A stretch of DNA of 39,784 bases from a virus (lineage: Duplodnaviria; Caudoviricetes). Under the pieces are notes generated by a model, which was not told where the DNA came from, did not search any database, and saw only the letters and a list, made by a program, of their open reading frames with translations. Location of the stretch: positions 1-39,784 of the IMG/VR virus record IMGVR_UViG_3300005764_000036. One strand, given 5' to 3'. Position numbers and translations under genes: made by a program. Of the stretch, positions 8,691 through 18,425 are shown in pieces. The first letter of the stretch is position 1; each line of letters opens with the position of its first letter.

Positions 8691-9250
8691 AAGTGACGAC
8701 ACGATTCGCACTCGAGGGCGGTCGGGAGTTCGCGGCCAACCTGCGGGCGTTGCCGCTGGCCGTCCGGAAAAACACGTTGATTCGGATCCTCTGGCTGGCG
8801 GCGGAACCGATGCGCGCGGCCGCCGCCAGCAACGCGCCGCGGGGCGCGGGGCCGGCGCCGTCGCACGGGTCGGCCTCGACGGCGCGGATTCCGGCCAGTG
8901 TGCGGCCGTCGCAACGGTCGGCCTGGGCGCGGACGCTGACGGCCGCCGCCGCCAAACAACGGACGGGCCATTTGGCCGATCACATTGCGATCAGTCTGGC
9001 GCGCAGTGTCGGATCGGTCGAGGGCGGGCGCGGCCGCTCGGTCAAGGTGACGGACTACCAGGCGGCCGTGGCCGTCGGGCCGGAGAAACCGTATTACTAC
9101 GGCCTGTTTCTCGAGTACGGGACGATCAAAATGCGGCGCGCGTGGCCGTTTCTCCGGCCGGCGTTCGACGAGACGGCGCCGACATCCTTGCAGATTATTC
9201 AGCGCGAAATTTGGGCGGCGCTCCAGGCGTCGATCACGGTGGCGGCGTGA
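8687..9250 (+). CDS. HK97 gp10-like neck/tail component
   Basis: ATG 8687; RTGHLADHI and YYGLFLEYGTIKM...PFLRPAFD motifs. Confidence 0.88.
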   Translation: MKVTTRFALEGGREFAANLRALPLAVRKNTLIRILWLAAEPMRAAAASNAPRGAGPAPSHGSASTARIPASVRPSQRSAWARTLTAAAAKQRTGHLADHIAISLARSVGSVEGGRGRSVKVTDYQAAVAVGPEKPYYYGLFLEYGTIKMRRAWPFLRPAFDETAPTSLQIIQREIWAALQASITVAA

Positions 9251-9684
9251 CGATACTCGAGGCCGTCCGCGCGCGGATCTTGGCCTTGCCGGCGGTCACG
9301 GCCGAAGTCGGCGATCGGGTGACGCTGCTGCTCTCGCAACAGTCGCCGACGTCGCGATCGATTCGGTTGCAGGAGATCAGCCGCGACGATTTCGGGCATT
9401 TGCGCGGCGCCGCCGATCTGCGGCCGTCGCGGATTCAGGTCGACGTGTTCGTCAAGAAAGGCGACGGCGACGCCTACGCGGCGGCCTGGGGCATTGCCGA
9501 AGCGGTCCGCGGCGGATTTGCCGGTGGCGTGCCGACGGGCCTCGTCGGGTTTCGCGGCGTGATCGGCGACGTGGTCATTCTCGCGATCAACGGCGCGGGA
9601 CAACGGGAGCTGTTCGATCCGGAGGAGCTGCAAGTCGTGCGCGTTCTCTCCGAGTATTTCGTCTGGTTCAAGGCGGCCGCGTAA
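9247..9684 (+). CDS. Tail completion/terminator protein (DUF3168-like)
   Basis: GTG 9247; LALPAVTAEVGDRV and RIQVDVF motifs; directly upstream of the tail tube gene. Confidence 0.8.
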   Translation: MTILEAVRARILALPAVTAEVGDRVTLLLSQQSPTSRSIRLQEISRDDFGHLRGAADLRPSRIQVDVFVKKGDGDAYAAAWGIAEAVRGGFAGGVPTGLVGFRGVIGDVVILAINGAGQRELFDPEELQVVRVLSEYFVWFKAAA

Positions 9685-9752
9685 GGGGTGGCCCGCCTGG
9701 TAAGTGAATACGCCGGCGTCACGGCCTAGGGGACATTGCATGGGGTCAGACC

Positions 9753-10247
9753 ATGTCGGACGTAACAGGAACCTACTACAACGGCGAGGCCGTGACGGGC
9801 TATGGCGCGGAGCTGCTCGTCGGCCAGGGCGGGGCCAGTCCGGAAGCGTTCGCAGCGATCGCGGACATTGAAACGATCACGCCGGGCGACATGACGACGA
9901 ACGTCATTACCAAAACGCATTTGCGATCGCCGGAGGCGCATCAAGAAAAACTCGCGGGGCTGCGCGATTCGGGGCCGTTCTCGATCACGGGGAACTGGCG
10001 GCCAAACCACGGATCGCAGTCGAACGCCGGCGGCGACGGGTTTACCTCGGGCGGATTGGTGGCGCTCTGGCGGAAACGCACGGAGGCGAATTTCAAAATC
10101 GTGTTGCCGTTCGGATCGCCGGGCCTCGAGTGGCCGTTTCGCGGCGTCGTGACGAAGTTCCAGCCGGGCGAAATTACCGGCGACGCCAAAATTCCCTTTA
10201 CGGCCGAGATCACGCCGCTCGGCGATTTCTCGGCGGCGTTGCCATAA
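9753..10247 (+). CDS. Major tail tube protein
   Basis: THLRSP...EKLAGLRDSG and FKIVLP...FRGVVT motifs of siphophage tail tube proteins. Confidence 0.88.
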   Translation: MSDVTGTYYNGEAVTGYGAELLVGQGGASPEAFAAIADIETITPGDMTTNVITKTHLRSPEAHQEKLAGLRDSGPFSITGNWRPNHGSQSNAGGDGFTSGGLVALWRKRTEANFKIVLPFGSPGLEWPFRGVVTKFQPGEITGDAKIPFTAEITPLGDFSAALP

Positions 10248-10682
10248 ATGGCGAACGTCCGTCGGGGGGAGGTCGCCGTCGAATCGAACGGGCAGACCTA
10301 TACGCTCGTGATCGATACGAATGCCATGGCGGAAATCGAGGAACTCCTCAGTACGCCGGAGAAACCGATCGCGTTCGCCGACGTGCTCCAGGGCGTCACG
10401 AAAAACAACGTCCGGCACATACGCGCGTTTACGTGGGGCGCGTTGCGGCGGCATCACGGGGAACTGACGGTCAAGGACGCTGGCGCCTTCATCGATGGGG
10501 TCGGCGGCGTGATCGCGTTCGCGCCGTACCTGGCGAAGATCGCGGCGGCCGCGTTGCCGGACAAGGACGACGCGGCGACGGCCGGTGACACGGGCGACGA
10601 CGGGCGCCCTACCGCAGTCCCAGGCGGCCGGCCGCCTGGGACTGGGGCGCGCTCTACCGACAGGCGCGCCAAATCGGCCTGA
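10248..10682 (+). CDS. Tail assembly chaperone (G-like)
   Basis: RGEV...YTLVIDTNAMAEIEE motif; between tail tube and tape measure genes. Confidence 0.8.
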   Translation: MANVRRGEVAVESNGQTYTLVIDTNAMAEIEELLSTPEKPIAFADVLQGVTKNNVRHIRAFTWGALRRHHGELTVKDAGAFIDGVGGVIAFAPYLAKIAAAALPDKDDAATAGDTGDDGRPTAVPGGRPPGTGARSTDRRAKSA

Positions 10683-10993
10683 CGCGCGCCGAATTCTGGT
10701 CGTCGACGGTTCGGGAACTGTTCCAGGAGTTCGCCGCGGCGACGGCGCGCCGGCGCGACGAGGCGAATCGGGACGTCCGGTTAGCCTGGCATGTCGTCGC
10801 TATTTGGGCCATGACGCGATCGAAAAAGCGGGTGCCGGCGCTCGAGTCGTTACTGAGTCGGGACGAATCGGCTCCAGGTCCCAAGGACAAAATGGCGCGT
10901 ATGCGGGCGGCGCTCGAGGTCCTCAGTCAGCAATACGGGATTCCGCTGCGGCCGATAAGTCCGCCAGCGCCGAAGGCGGCGACGCGTGGCTAA
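10589..10993 (+). CDS. Tail assembly chaperone T-like extension, reached by -1 frameshift
   Basis: The -1 frame is open 10589-10993 and encodes WDWGALYRQARQIGLTRAEFWSSTVREL, a typical T-domain motif lying upstream of the first ATG (10811). Confidence 0.75.
   Translation, partial: HGRRRAPYRSPRRPAAWDWGALYRQARQIGLTRAEFWSSTVRELFQEFAAATARRRDEANRDVRLAWHVVAIWAMTRSKKRVPALESLLSRDESAPGPKDKMARMRAALEVLSQQYGIPLRPISPPAPKAATRG
10604..10644 (+). promoter_or_regulatory. Putative -1 frameshift site with stimulatory hairpin
   Basis: G CGC CCT followed 4 nt later by the perfect 30-nt palindrome CAGTCCCAGGCGGCCGGCCGCCTGGGACTG (10615-10644). Confidence 0.65.
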
Positions 10994-13613
10994 TTCGGCC
11001 GTCGTCGGCATTCTGCGTGCGCTCCTCGTCGCCGACACGGCCGAGTTTGAAACAAAACTCGGCGACGCGACGAAGGACGTTCAAAAATTCAGCCAAGCGA
11101 TGGCCGAGTCCGGCGCCACGATTGCCACGGCGCTCGATACGAGTACGGATAAATGGACCAAGTTCCAGCAAAAGTACAACGTCGGCCCGTTACGGGACGC
11201 CACGGCGACATTTGCAAAAGACGTCGGCGGGCTGGGCACGACGTTCGCAGAATTCGGGCTGCGCGCCGCGGAGTTCGCGACGGGCACGCTCGCCGCGCAG
11301 CTCGGGCTGGACGCGTTTAAGGTCGTGCTTCGCGAAGTCGTTCCATACCTCTTAGAGTTCACCGGACTCGGTCCCGCCATTGAAAACGTCTGGGATCACA
11401 TGAAAGAGGGCGCAACGCGCGCGCTCGGCGTGCTCGATGACGTCGGCGCCGAGTTTCGCGATCTGACGGACGACATTCTGACGGGGCTAGTCCCGGGCCT
11501 CGAACAAGTCGGGGGGGCGACCGGACTGGTCAAGATCGCGTTCGACGCCTGGCTCAATCACGAAGTCATACAGAAACTCCGCGACGTCAAGGAGTACGTC
11601 GAAGGGATTCATAAAGAGTGGAACGAGCTGCGCGCGATGGCCGGAAGGCCGGTCATTCCGACGCCGGTCGCGCCCGAAGGCGAAACCGGCCTCATGGGAT
11701 CGGTAGCTCAGGTTCCAACGCTCACGAACAGAGAACAAGCACGCATCGAACGCGAACTGGCGAAAGAACTCGCGCAACAGGAACGCGATCGCGAAAAGGC
11801 GGCGCGCGCGGCCGCGGCGGCCGTCAGAGAGGAGGCGGCGGCGTTCGAACGCCTCAGCCAATCGGCGCGGGCGATTAGCGTCGCCGGCGTCAACGATCAG
11901 ATCGCGCAAACGAATCAAATCCTGAAGATGACGGCCACGTATGGTGGCCTGGCCGCGGATCAAATCGACAAGTACGTCAAACAGCTCGATGCGTGGGTGG
12001 TCGCCGGTTACAAATTACCGCCGTACCTGGAACAGTTCCGGCTGGCGCATGTCGATCTGTTGGCCGCGATGCTTCCGGTCAAGGAAGCGACGAAAGATCT
12101 GATCAATCTGACGCCGAATCTGGCGGGCGAACTCCGAATGGCGGGCGATCAGTACGCCGGCGTCTCGGCCAAGATCGACGTATTCAATAACAAAATCAAC
12201 GACACGATCGACATTTTCAAGATTCTGAAGATCGGCGCGATCGACGTCATTGGTGATTACGAAAAACAATTGGCCGCGGCGCGAAAGAAACAGGAGGAAT
12301 TCAATCACAACATTTTCGAACTCGCCGGCCTCTTTTACGACGTGTCGAAAACGGCGCAGGAATTCGGGATGGCGGCGACGGCGGCCTTTACCAAGACGAT
12401 GGAGGCGATCGGCGGCGTGCTCGACAGTCTCGGGTTAGTCGAGCAAGGACTCTCCGACCTGGCGAAGGGCAATGTGTTTAAGGCCGTGATCAATTTCTCG
12501 TACGCGGCGCTCAACGGGATCCGGACGCTCTTCAAGGTGTTTAGCGACGGGCATCGGGAGGCGCGGAAATCGGTCGAGGATTTTGCCAAGTCGTTCGGCG
12601 GGTTCGATGCGCTCCACGACAAACTGGCGACGCTCGGCGACGAAGGCGAACGGCTATGGGTCCAGCTCACGCAAGGGAGCGCGGCACAGAATCTCGCGGC
12701 GATCGATCAGATCAAAAAGCGATTTGACGAAGTCGCGACGGCGCTCGAGGGCGCGCGGTCCAAGATCGGCGGCCTACAGTCGGCGCTCGAAGTGTTCGGC
12801 GGCGTGGTGCCGGCGGCCTTGCGGCCGACGGTCGATTCGCTGCTGTCAATGACGGGCTTGCCGGACGATATTCGCGAGGCGCTCCAGGGCGTTTCGCAGG
12901 ATCCGTCCTGGCAAACGCTCCAATCCAAGGCCGAGACACTCGGGATCAGTCTCGAGGCGCTCGGGCCGAAGTTTCAACAGGCGCGCATTAGTGATATTGC
13001 GATCGGCTACACGCACGATTTGCAAATGTTCGCGGATTCGGGCGCCAACATGGACAAAGTCCTTGAGGGCATGTCGGACGAACTCTCGAGTCTGTATCAG
13101 GACGCGAAAAAGACGGGCGCGGCGTTGCCGGACACGCTGAAGCCCTACATGCAAAAACTGATCGACGCGGGTCTTCTCGTCGACGAGAACGGCAACAAGA
13201 TCGCGAATTTGGACGATATCGCCTTTAAGAACATGCCGGATCAGGCCTTGGATAAGGTCGTCAACATTCTGAAAGAGATCGCGGATCTGCTGAAAACGGG
13301 ATTACCGAAGGCGGCGGCCGAAGGCGCGCAAGGCATCCAGGATCAGTTCAAGGCGCATCCCCTCAAGATGCCGTACACGTTCGAACAGCAAGGGCCGGGG
13401 CCGACGGCGCCGGAGATGCCGACGTACTCGGCGGCGGATATGAATCCTGGGTCGGTCCTCGAGGACGCCGCGCGCGGCCAGGCGCCGATTCCCTACGACG
13501 CCGGCGCGGCCGAGGCGTTGAACATTACCGTCGTCAGTCAATTGGACGGCCGCGAAGTGGCGCGCAATCAGGTGAAGTACATACCGGGGCAGCTCAATTT
13601 GGCGGGGGTCTAG
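10986..13613 (+). CDS. Tape measure protein
   Basis: 875 aa, helical and Ala-rich; N-terminal LRALLVADTAEF, C-terminal LDGREVAR; follows the chaperones. Confidence 0.9.
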   Translation: MANSAVVGILRALLVADTAEFETKLGDATKDVQKFSQAMAESGATIATALDTSTDKWTKFQQKYNVGPLRDATATFAKDVGGLGTTFAEFGLRAAEFATGTLAAQLGLDAFKVVLREVVPYLLEFTGLGPAIENVWDHMKEGATRALGVLDDVGAEFRDLTDDILTGLVPGLEQVGGATGLVKIAFDAWLNHEVIQKLRDVKEYVEGIHKEWNELRAMAGRPVIPTPVAPEGETGLMGSVAQVPTLTNREQARIERELAKELAQQERDREKAARAAAAAVREEAAAFERLSQSARAISVAGVNDQIAQTNQILKMTATYGGLAADQIDKYVKQLDAWVVAGYKLPPYLEQFRLAHVDLLAAMLPVKEATKDLINLTPNLAGELRMAGDQYAGVSAKIDVFNNKINDTIDIFKILKIGAIDVIGDYEKQLAAARKKQEEFNHNIFELAGLFYDVSKTAQEFGMAATAAFTKTMEAIGGVLDSLGLVEQGLSDLAKGNVFKAVINFSYAALNGIRTLFKVFSDGHREARKSVEDFAKSFGGFDALHDKLATLGDEGERLWVQLTQGSAAQNLAAIDQIKKRFDEVATALEGARSKIGGLQSALEVFGGVVPAALRPTVDSLLSMTGLPDDIREALQGVSQDPSWQTLQSKAETLGISLEALGPKFQQARISDIAIGYTHDLQMFADSGANMDKVLEGMSDELSSLYQDAKKTGAALPDTLKPYMQKLIDAGLLVDENGNKIANLDDIAFKNMPDQALDKVVNILKEIADLLKTGLPKAAAEGAQGIQDQFKAHPLKMPYTFEQQGPGPTAPEMPTYSAADMNPGSVLEDAARGQAPIPYDAGAAEALNITVVSQLDGREVARNQVKYIPGQLNLAGV

Positions 13614-14270
13614 ATGGGAACGTGGACGATCACGACGACGACGCCGGAGGACGAGGCGATCGCGTACGCCTATCAGCAATCGCAACGGCCGATGCTCGGG
13701 GCGCCGCCGACGTCGGCGCCGCCGGCGGCCGAAACCGAGGCGGAATTCTTTCAACGCATGGTAGCGCAGTTCACGATCGCGCCAATGGTGACGCGGCATA
13801 CCGAGGCGAAGAATACAGAACTGGTCGAGTCCCTGAATACCATTCCGGAGGCGAATCGGCCGGCGGCGAAAACGGATATCGAGAACGTGATTACCACGCA
13901 CGGCGGGACGGTGCCGTTACACGACACGCGGTATGGCTGGTCGGCCAGTACGGCGCCGCCGCCGCGCCGGCAATCGGTCGAGGTCGACGCGACAGAGGCG
14001 AATTTCCAGACGCTGTCAAAGGTCTTTTTCGATTACCAGGACGGCGACGGGATCAATCAAATGGCGAAACTGTTGGCGCTGAAGATCGGCACGCTGATCC
14101 GGATCGAGGATCCGGGGAACGCCGCGAATTTTCTCCAGTTCTCGACGACGGGGACGCCGGTGCAACGTCAGGGCGCCGATGGGCATGTCGAGATCAGCGC
14201 GCGGTTCTCGCAACACGGCGGGTCGTTCGCGGCGCTCGATACGCACTTAATGACCTGCACGTTTAGCTAA
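13614..14270 (+). CDS. Hypothetical tail-module protein
   Basis: Abuts the tape measure stop; plausible composition; no motif recognised. Confidence 0.7.
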   Translation: MGTWTITTTTPEDEAIAYAYQQSQRPMLGAPPTSAPPAAETEAEFFQRMVAQFTIAPMVTRHTEAKNTELVESLNTIPEANRPAAKTDIENVITTHGGTVPLHDTRYGWSASTAPPPRRQSVEVDATEANFQTLSKVFFDYQDGDGINQMAKLLALKIGTLIRIEDPGNAANFLQFSTTGTPVQRQGADGHVEISARFSQHGGSFAALDTHLMTCTFS

Positions 14271-14282
14271 CGCGGGGCCGGT

Positions 14283-15341
14283 ATGGCGCTTTTGTTCATG
14301 GACAGTTTTGATCATTACGCGACGGGCGATCTGCTCGAGAAATGGACGTCTCAAGTGATCGGGACGGGCGGATCGATCGCGATCACGGCCGGCGCGGGCC
14401 GGCGCGCCTCGGCGAGTTTGCGAATCGCGGCTGGCGCGTTCCAAACGTGCCACGTCATTCTGTCGCCGGCCGGCGTGTCGGGCGCGACCTGTGTCGTCGG
14501 CCTCGCGGTGAAACCGTCCGGCTTGCAGACGGGCGGCAATGTGTCGCTGATCGCCGTGCGGGAGGGCGGGAATCCGCAGGTCACCTTTGCCCTGGCGCCG
14601 GACGGGACGATCCGCGTCACGCGCGGGGGCCAGGGCGGGACGCTCCTCGGGACGACGTCGGCGCCGTTGTCCGTGGGGATCTTCAACTATCTCGAGCTCA
14701 AGGTCCTGATTCACGCCACGGCCGGCACGGTCGACGTGCGGCTCAACGGCCAATCGGTCCTGGCGCTGACGGGTATTAATACGCTCGGGACGTCGACGGC
14801 GATCTGGAATTCGTTCGCGATCGGCAATGCCGAATCGTCGGCGCAGACCTTGCCGGCGGTCGATTTCGATGATCTGTATGTCCTCGATGGAACCGGCGCG
14901 GCGCCCTGGAATGCGCTGCTCGGGGACTGTCGCGTGGACGTGCGGCTGCCAACCGGGGCCGGCGCGGAGGCGCAATGGACGCCGTCGACGGGCGCGAATT
15001 GGAGCTGCGTGGACGAAATTCCGCCGAATGACGATACCGACTACACGGCGGCGACGGCGGCGCCGCTGACCGATACCTTCGTCGTCCAGGACGCGCCCGT
15101 CCCGGGCGCGGTGATCTTCGGCGTGCAACACAATATCAACGCGAAAAAAATGGACGCCGGGACGTGCGCGATCGGCGCCGTCGTGCGCCAGGGCGGCGTC
15201 GATTATCCGAGTGCCGGCCAGGGCCTCACGACGGCGTACGCCTTTACGCGCGTCGTCCAGGCGACGAATCCCGCCACAGGCGCGCAATGGCTGGAGGCGG
15301 ATTTCAACCTCGCCGAATTCGGCTACAAGCGGACGGCGTAA
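14283..15341 (+). CDS. Beta-rich virion structural protein (possibly LamG/lectin-like)
   Basis: MALLFMDSFDHY start; YLELKV...GTVDVRLNG, FDDLYVLD and NPATGAQW motifs; Gly/Thr-rich. Confidence 0.7.
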   Translation: MALLFMDSFDHYATGDLLEKWTSQVIGTGGSIAITAGAGRRASASLRIAAGAFQTCHVILSPAGVSGATCVVGLAVKPSGLQTGGNVSLIAVREGGNPQVTFALAPDGTIRVTRGGQGGTLLGTTSAPLSVGIFNYLELKVLIHATAGTVDVRLNGQSVLALTGINTLGTSTAIWNSFAIGNAESSAQTLPAVDFDDLYVLDGTGAAPWNALLGDCRVDVRLPTGAGAEAQWTPSTGANWSCVDEIPPNDDTDYTAATAAPLTDTFVVQDAPVPGAVIFGVQHNINAKKMDAGTCAIGAVVRQGGVDYPSAGQGLTTAYAFTRVVQATNPATGAQWLEADFNLAEFGYKRTA

Positions 15342-16337
15342 ATGGACGCGTACAAAAACTTTGCCTATGGCGTCGTCCTGACGCCGCCGGCGCCGGCCTC
15401 GAGTGGGACGTCGGCGGTCCTGGCGGCCGGCCACGGCGCCAGATTTCCCGCGGCGCCGTTCAATGCCACGGTCTGGCCGGCCGGCGCGATTCCCGATCCA
15501 GTCAACGCGGAGATCGTCCGTGTCACGGCGATCGCGACGGATACGTTAACGCTCACGCGCGCGCAAGAGGGATCGACGGCGCGGGCGATCGTCGCCGGCG
15601 ATCAACTCGCGGCGACGATGACGGCGGTGACGCTCGATAGTTTGCGGAATGCCGGCGAGCTCAACGCGGGGACGCTCCTCGATGCGCGGCTCTCGGCGAA
15701 TGTGGCGCGGCGCGACGTCGCCAATACGTTCCTGGGGTCGCATCAATTAGCCCATGCGTCGGGCTATGCCGAATTGGTGTTTGCCTCGAGTAGCGGGCCG
15801 GTGGGATCGCGGAATTGGCAAGTCCTCAATGCGGGCGATCGGATTTATTACAAGCCGCTCACGGACGATCAAACGGCGTATACCGGGCAATCGCTGTCGA
15901 TTGATCGGAGCGGGCGACTGTTCGAACGCGATCGGACGGTCCCGATGGGCGAGCTCATTCCGTTTACGCCAACGTTTGGCGACACTAACGGATCGCTCGC
16001 GATCGGCAACGGGACACTCAGCGGCGCCTATACGCTCGTCGGGAAACTCTGTCACGTCTTTATTACGCTGACGTGGGGCAGTACGAGTAATTTCGGCGCG
16101 GGTGGCGTCGCGTATCTCTTAGGGTTTCCGGTGCCGTGGTCGGGCGCGTACTACCAACAATTGCCGGGCCATCTGCTCGCGGGGGGACTCATTTACGGCG
16201 TGTCCGGCATGCCGCAAAACGTGGCGCAATTTCATATGCGGATCTATGGGACGAGCGGGGCCTATACGAAAACGAGTCCCGTCGCGGCGGCCGCGGGCGA
16301 TTCGGTGTTTATTGCCGGCGCCTACTCGATTGCATAG
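15342..16337 (+). CDS. Minor tail/fibre protein with receptor-binding-like C-terminus
   Basis: EIVRVTA..DTLTLTRAQEGSTA N-terminal attachment domain; C-terminal FTPTF...GAYTLVGKLCHV beta-sandwich pattern. Confidence 0.72.
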   Translation: MDAYKNFAYGVVLTPPAPASSGTSAVLAAGHGARFPAAPFNATVWPAGAIPDPVNAEIVRVTAIATDTLTLTRAQEGSTARAIVAGDQLAATMTAVTLDSLRNAGELNAGTLLDARLSANVARRDVANTFLGSHQLAHASGYAELVFASSSGPVGSRNWQVLNAGDRIYYKPLTDDQTAYTGQSLSIDRSGRLFERDRTVPMGELIPFTPTFGDTNGSLAIGNGTLSGAYTLVGKLCHVFITLTWGSTSNFGAGGVAYLLGFPVPWSGAYYQQLPGHLLAGGLIYGVSGMPQNVAQFHMRIYGTSGAYTKTSPVAAAAGDSVFIAGAYSIA

Positions 16338-16352
16338 GTGTAAAGGGCGCAT

Positions 16353-18425
16353 GTGCTTGGTGGTGGGTATCTCGGAGGTATTTACCCTGGCGGCATAGGG
16401 CCGACGGCTGGCACGTCGGCGCGCGTCTCGCAAGCGGCGATCGAAATTCTGTCGGCGCCGGCGGCGACGGCGGCCGCGGCGCAAGTCACACAGACGGCGC
16501 CGGAGATCCTCACCGGCGCGCCGCCGCCAGCCGCGCGGATCACGGCCGCAGCGCTCGAGGTTCTGACGGCCGGGCCGGTCCCGGGCCGGATTACGCAGGA
16601 CGCGATCGAGGTCCTCGGGCCGTCGCCGGCGGGCGCTCGAGCAACGGCGTACGCGGTTGAGGTCCTGACGCAACGGACGACGCCGGCGCGGGTCACGCAA
16701 CTAGTTATTGAGTGGTTGGGGATCTCGATCATGCCGGTATCGGGGGATTGGAAAGTCCTAATCGACGGCGAGGAACGGACGCCGATCGTCGACGCGTTTT
16801 CCATGTCGTCGCAGCTCAACGATCGCGCGCGGGCGACGGTGGTCCTCGCCGATTTCCTGCCGACGCGATTCGACGAACTGGTCAGTTACGACGGGCAGAC
16901 ACCGATCTTCGGCGGCGTGATTCTGCAACGCGCGTTTCAGGGGCGCAATCAGTACGATCCGACGTTTACGCTGACGGTCGAATGTGGCGATTGGTTCACG
17001 TACGCGGACTGGTGCTATACGACGGTGAGTTATGACGTGCCGGTCACGCTGATCGACGTCCTGACGGATCTCGTCAACGATCATTTGACGAACTACGGGA
17101 TCGCCTTGGATCCGGCGCAAGTGATCGGGCCGACGCTGTCGCCGTTTACGTGGACGAATAAACGCGTGTCCGATGCGCTGCGGGAACTCTCGGATCGGAC
17201 GGGCTATGTCGTCCGCATTGCGCCGGCGAAACTCCTCTCCATGTTCGTTCCGGGGACGATCGCGGCGCCGGTCAGTCTCACGGAGGCGACGCCGAATTGC
17301 CACGATTTGACGTGGCGCGACGCGGACCGGATTCCCTATAACCGCGTGACGGTGAGCTGCGGGCCGAATGGCCAGGCGGAAGTGGCCGACGAAAAACACT
17401 ACGGCGACGGGACGCGCCGGCGCTGGCCGCTCAATGCGCCATTTGTCGCCATCATTGGCGCCTTGCGGACGGGCAACGATACGACGGGCCTGGACGACGG
17501 CGGGTACAACGTCGGCGTAATCGAGGACGACGGCGCCGGCGCGTATCCGTGGATGGTGGAACGCGCGACGAATGAAGTCGTGCAACGGGCCGATCAACCG
17601 ATCCTGGCGGCCGATCAGTATTTTGTGATTTGGTATCAAGGGCAATTTCCGTTCACCGTCTCGAGTGAAACTGGCGCGCGGCCGATCGTCGAATATGTCG
17701 AAACGCGGCCAGACGTCATGTCGATTCCGGTCGGCCAGGAGATCGCCGATCAGCTCCTCGCCTCCTCGCAGGCGGCCGGCCGCGATATTCAAGTCACAAC
17801 AGACGTCGACGGATTCGATCCGGGCCAGGCCTTGGACGTGGAACTCGAGATCACGCGCGCGATTTCCGGATCGTTTCTCGTGACGGCCGTTGGCATGCAA
17901 ATCGTGTTGGATACGACGCAGGGCGATCGGTTCTGGCAGTACCGGCTGGACGCGATCGAATCGGCGCTCTATCAGGGGAATTACCTGGACGGGTGGCGAC
18001 AGCTCACGGGCGGCGGATCCGGAACGACCGTGGTCAGTGGCGGCGGGGGCGACGGTGGCGGGACGGCCGGCGGCGGGGCGGCGACGCCGGTCTACCTTGG
18101 CGGATCGCGGCAGTTCTCGTTGGAACCGTCGCCGGCGGTCTGGTTGCCGGTGCCGGAGTACGTGCCGTTTGTCGCCGGCGCGGATTTCTCTGGGCGCGTG
18201 CGCGCGGACGTGTTCGCGCGGCGCGCCGGCGTCGCGGTCATGACGCGGCTCTTTAATGTGACGGATAACGTCCCGGTGCAAAACGGGCCGGCGATCACGT
18301 CGACGACGGCCGTCCCGATCACGTTTGACGTCTCGATCTTCGCCGGGAAAACGTATCGCCTCGAGGCGATGGCGTCGGCCGCCGGGGAGGGCGTCTTCGC
18401 GATCGGGAGTCTCGAGGCGGTGTAA
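16353..18425 (+). CDS. Tail tip/hub protein with N-terminal repeats
   Basis: 690 aa; IFGGVI, VECGDW, ALRELSDRTGY and YNRVTV hub-like motifs; six ARVTQxAxEVL-like repeats at the N-terminus. Confidence 0.72.
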   Translation: MLGGGYLGGIYPGGIGPTAGTSARVSQAAIEILSAPAATAAAAQVTQTAPEILTGAPPPAARITAAALEVLTAGPVPGRITQDAIEVLGPSPAGARATAYAVEVLTQRTTPARVTQLVIEWLGISIMPVSGDWKVLIDGEERTPIVDAFSMSSQLNDRARATVVLADFLPTRFDELVSYDGQTPIFGGVILQRAFQGRNQYDPTFTLTVECGDWFTYADWCYTTVSYDVPVTLIDVLTDLVNDHLTNYGIALDPAQVIGPTLSPFTWTNKRVSDALRELSDRTGYVVRIAPAKLLSMFVPGTIAAPVSLTEATPNCHDLTWRDADRIPYNRVTVSCGPNGQAEVADEKHYGDGTRRRWPLNAPFVAIIGALRTGNDTTGLDDGGYNVGVIEDDGAGAYPWMVERATNEVVQRADQPILAADQYFVIWYQGQFPFTVSSETGARPIVEYVETRPDVMSIPVGQEIADQLLASSQAAGRDIQVTTDVDGFDPGQALDVELEITRAISGSFLVTAVGMQIVLDTTQGDRFWQYRLDAIESALYQGNYLDGWRQLTGGGSGTTVVSGGGGDGGGTAGGGAATPVYLGGSRQFSLEPSPAVWLPVPEYVPFVAGADFSGRVRADVFARRAGVAVMTRLFNVTDNVPVQNGPAITSTTAVPITFDVSIFAGKTYRLEAMASAAGEGVFAIGSLEAV
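16419..16721 (+). repeat. Six degenerate 17-20 aa repeats (ARVTQxAxEVL)
   Basis: ARVSQAAIEIL, AQVTQTAPEIL, ARITAAALEVL, GRITQDAIEVL, ARATAYAVEVL, ARVTQLVIEWL. Confidence 0.85.
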
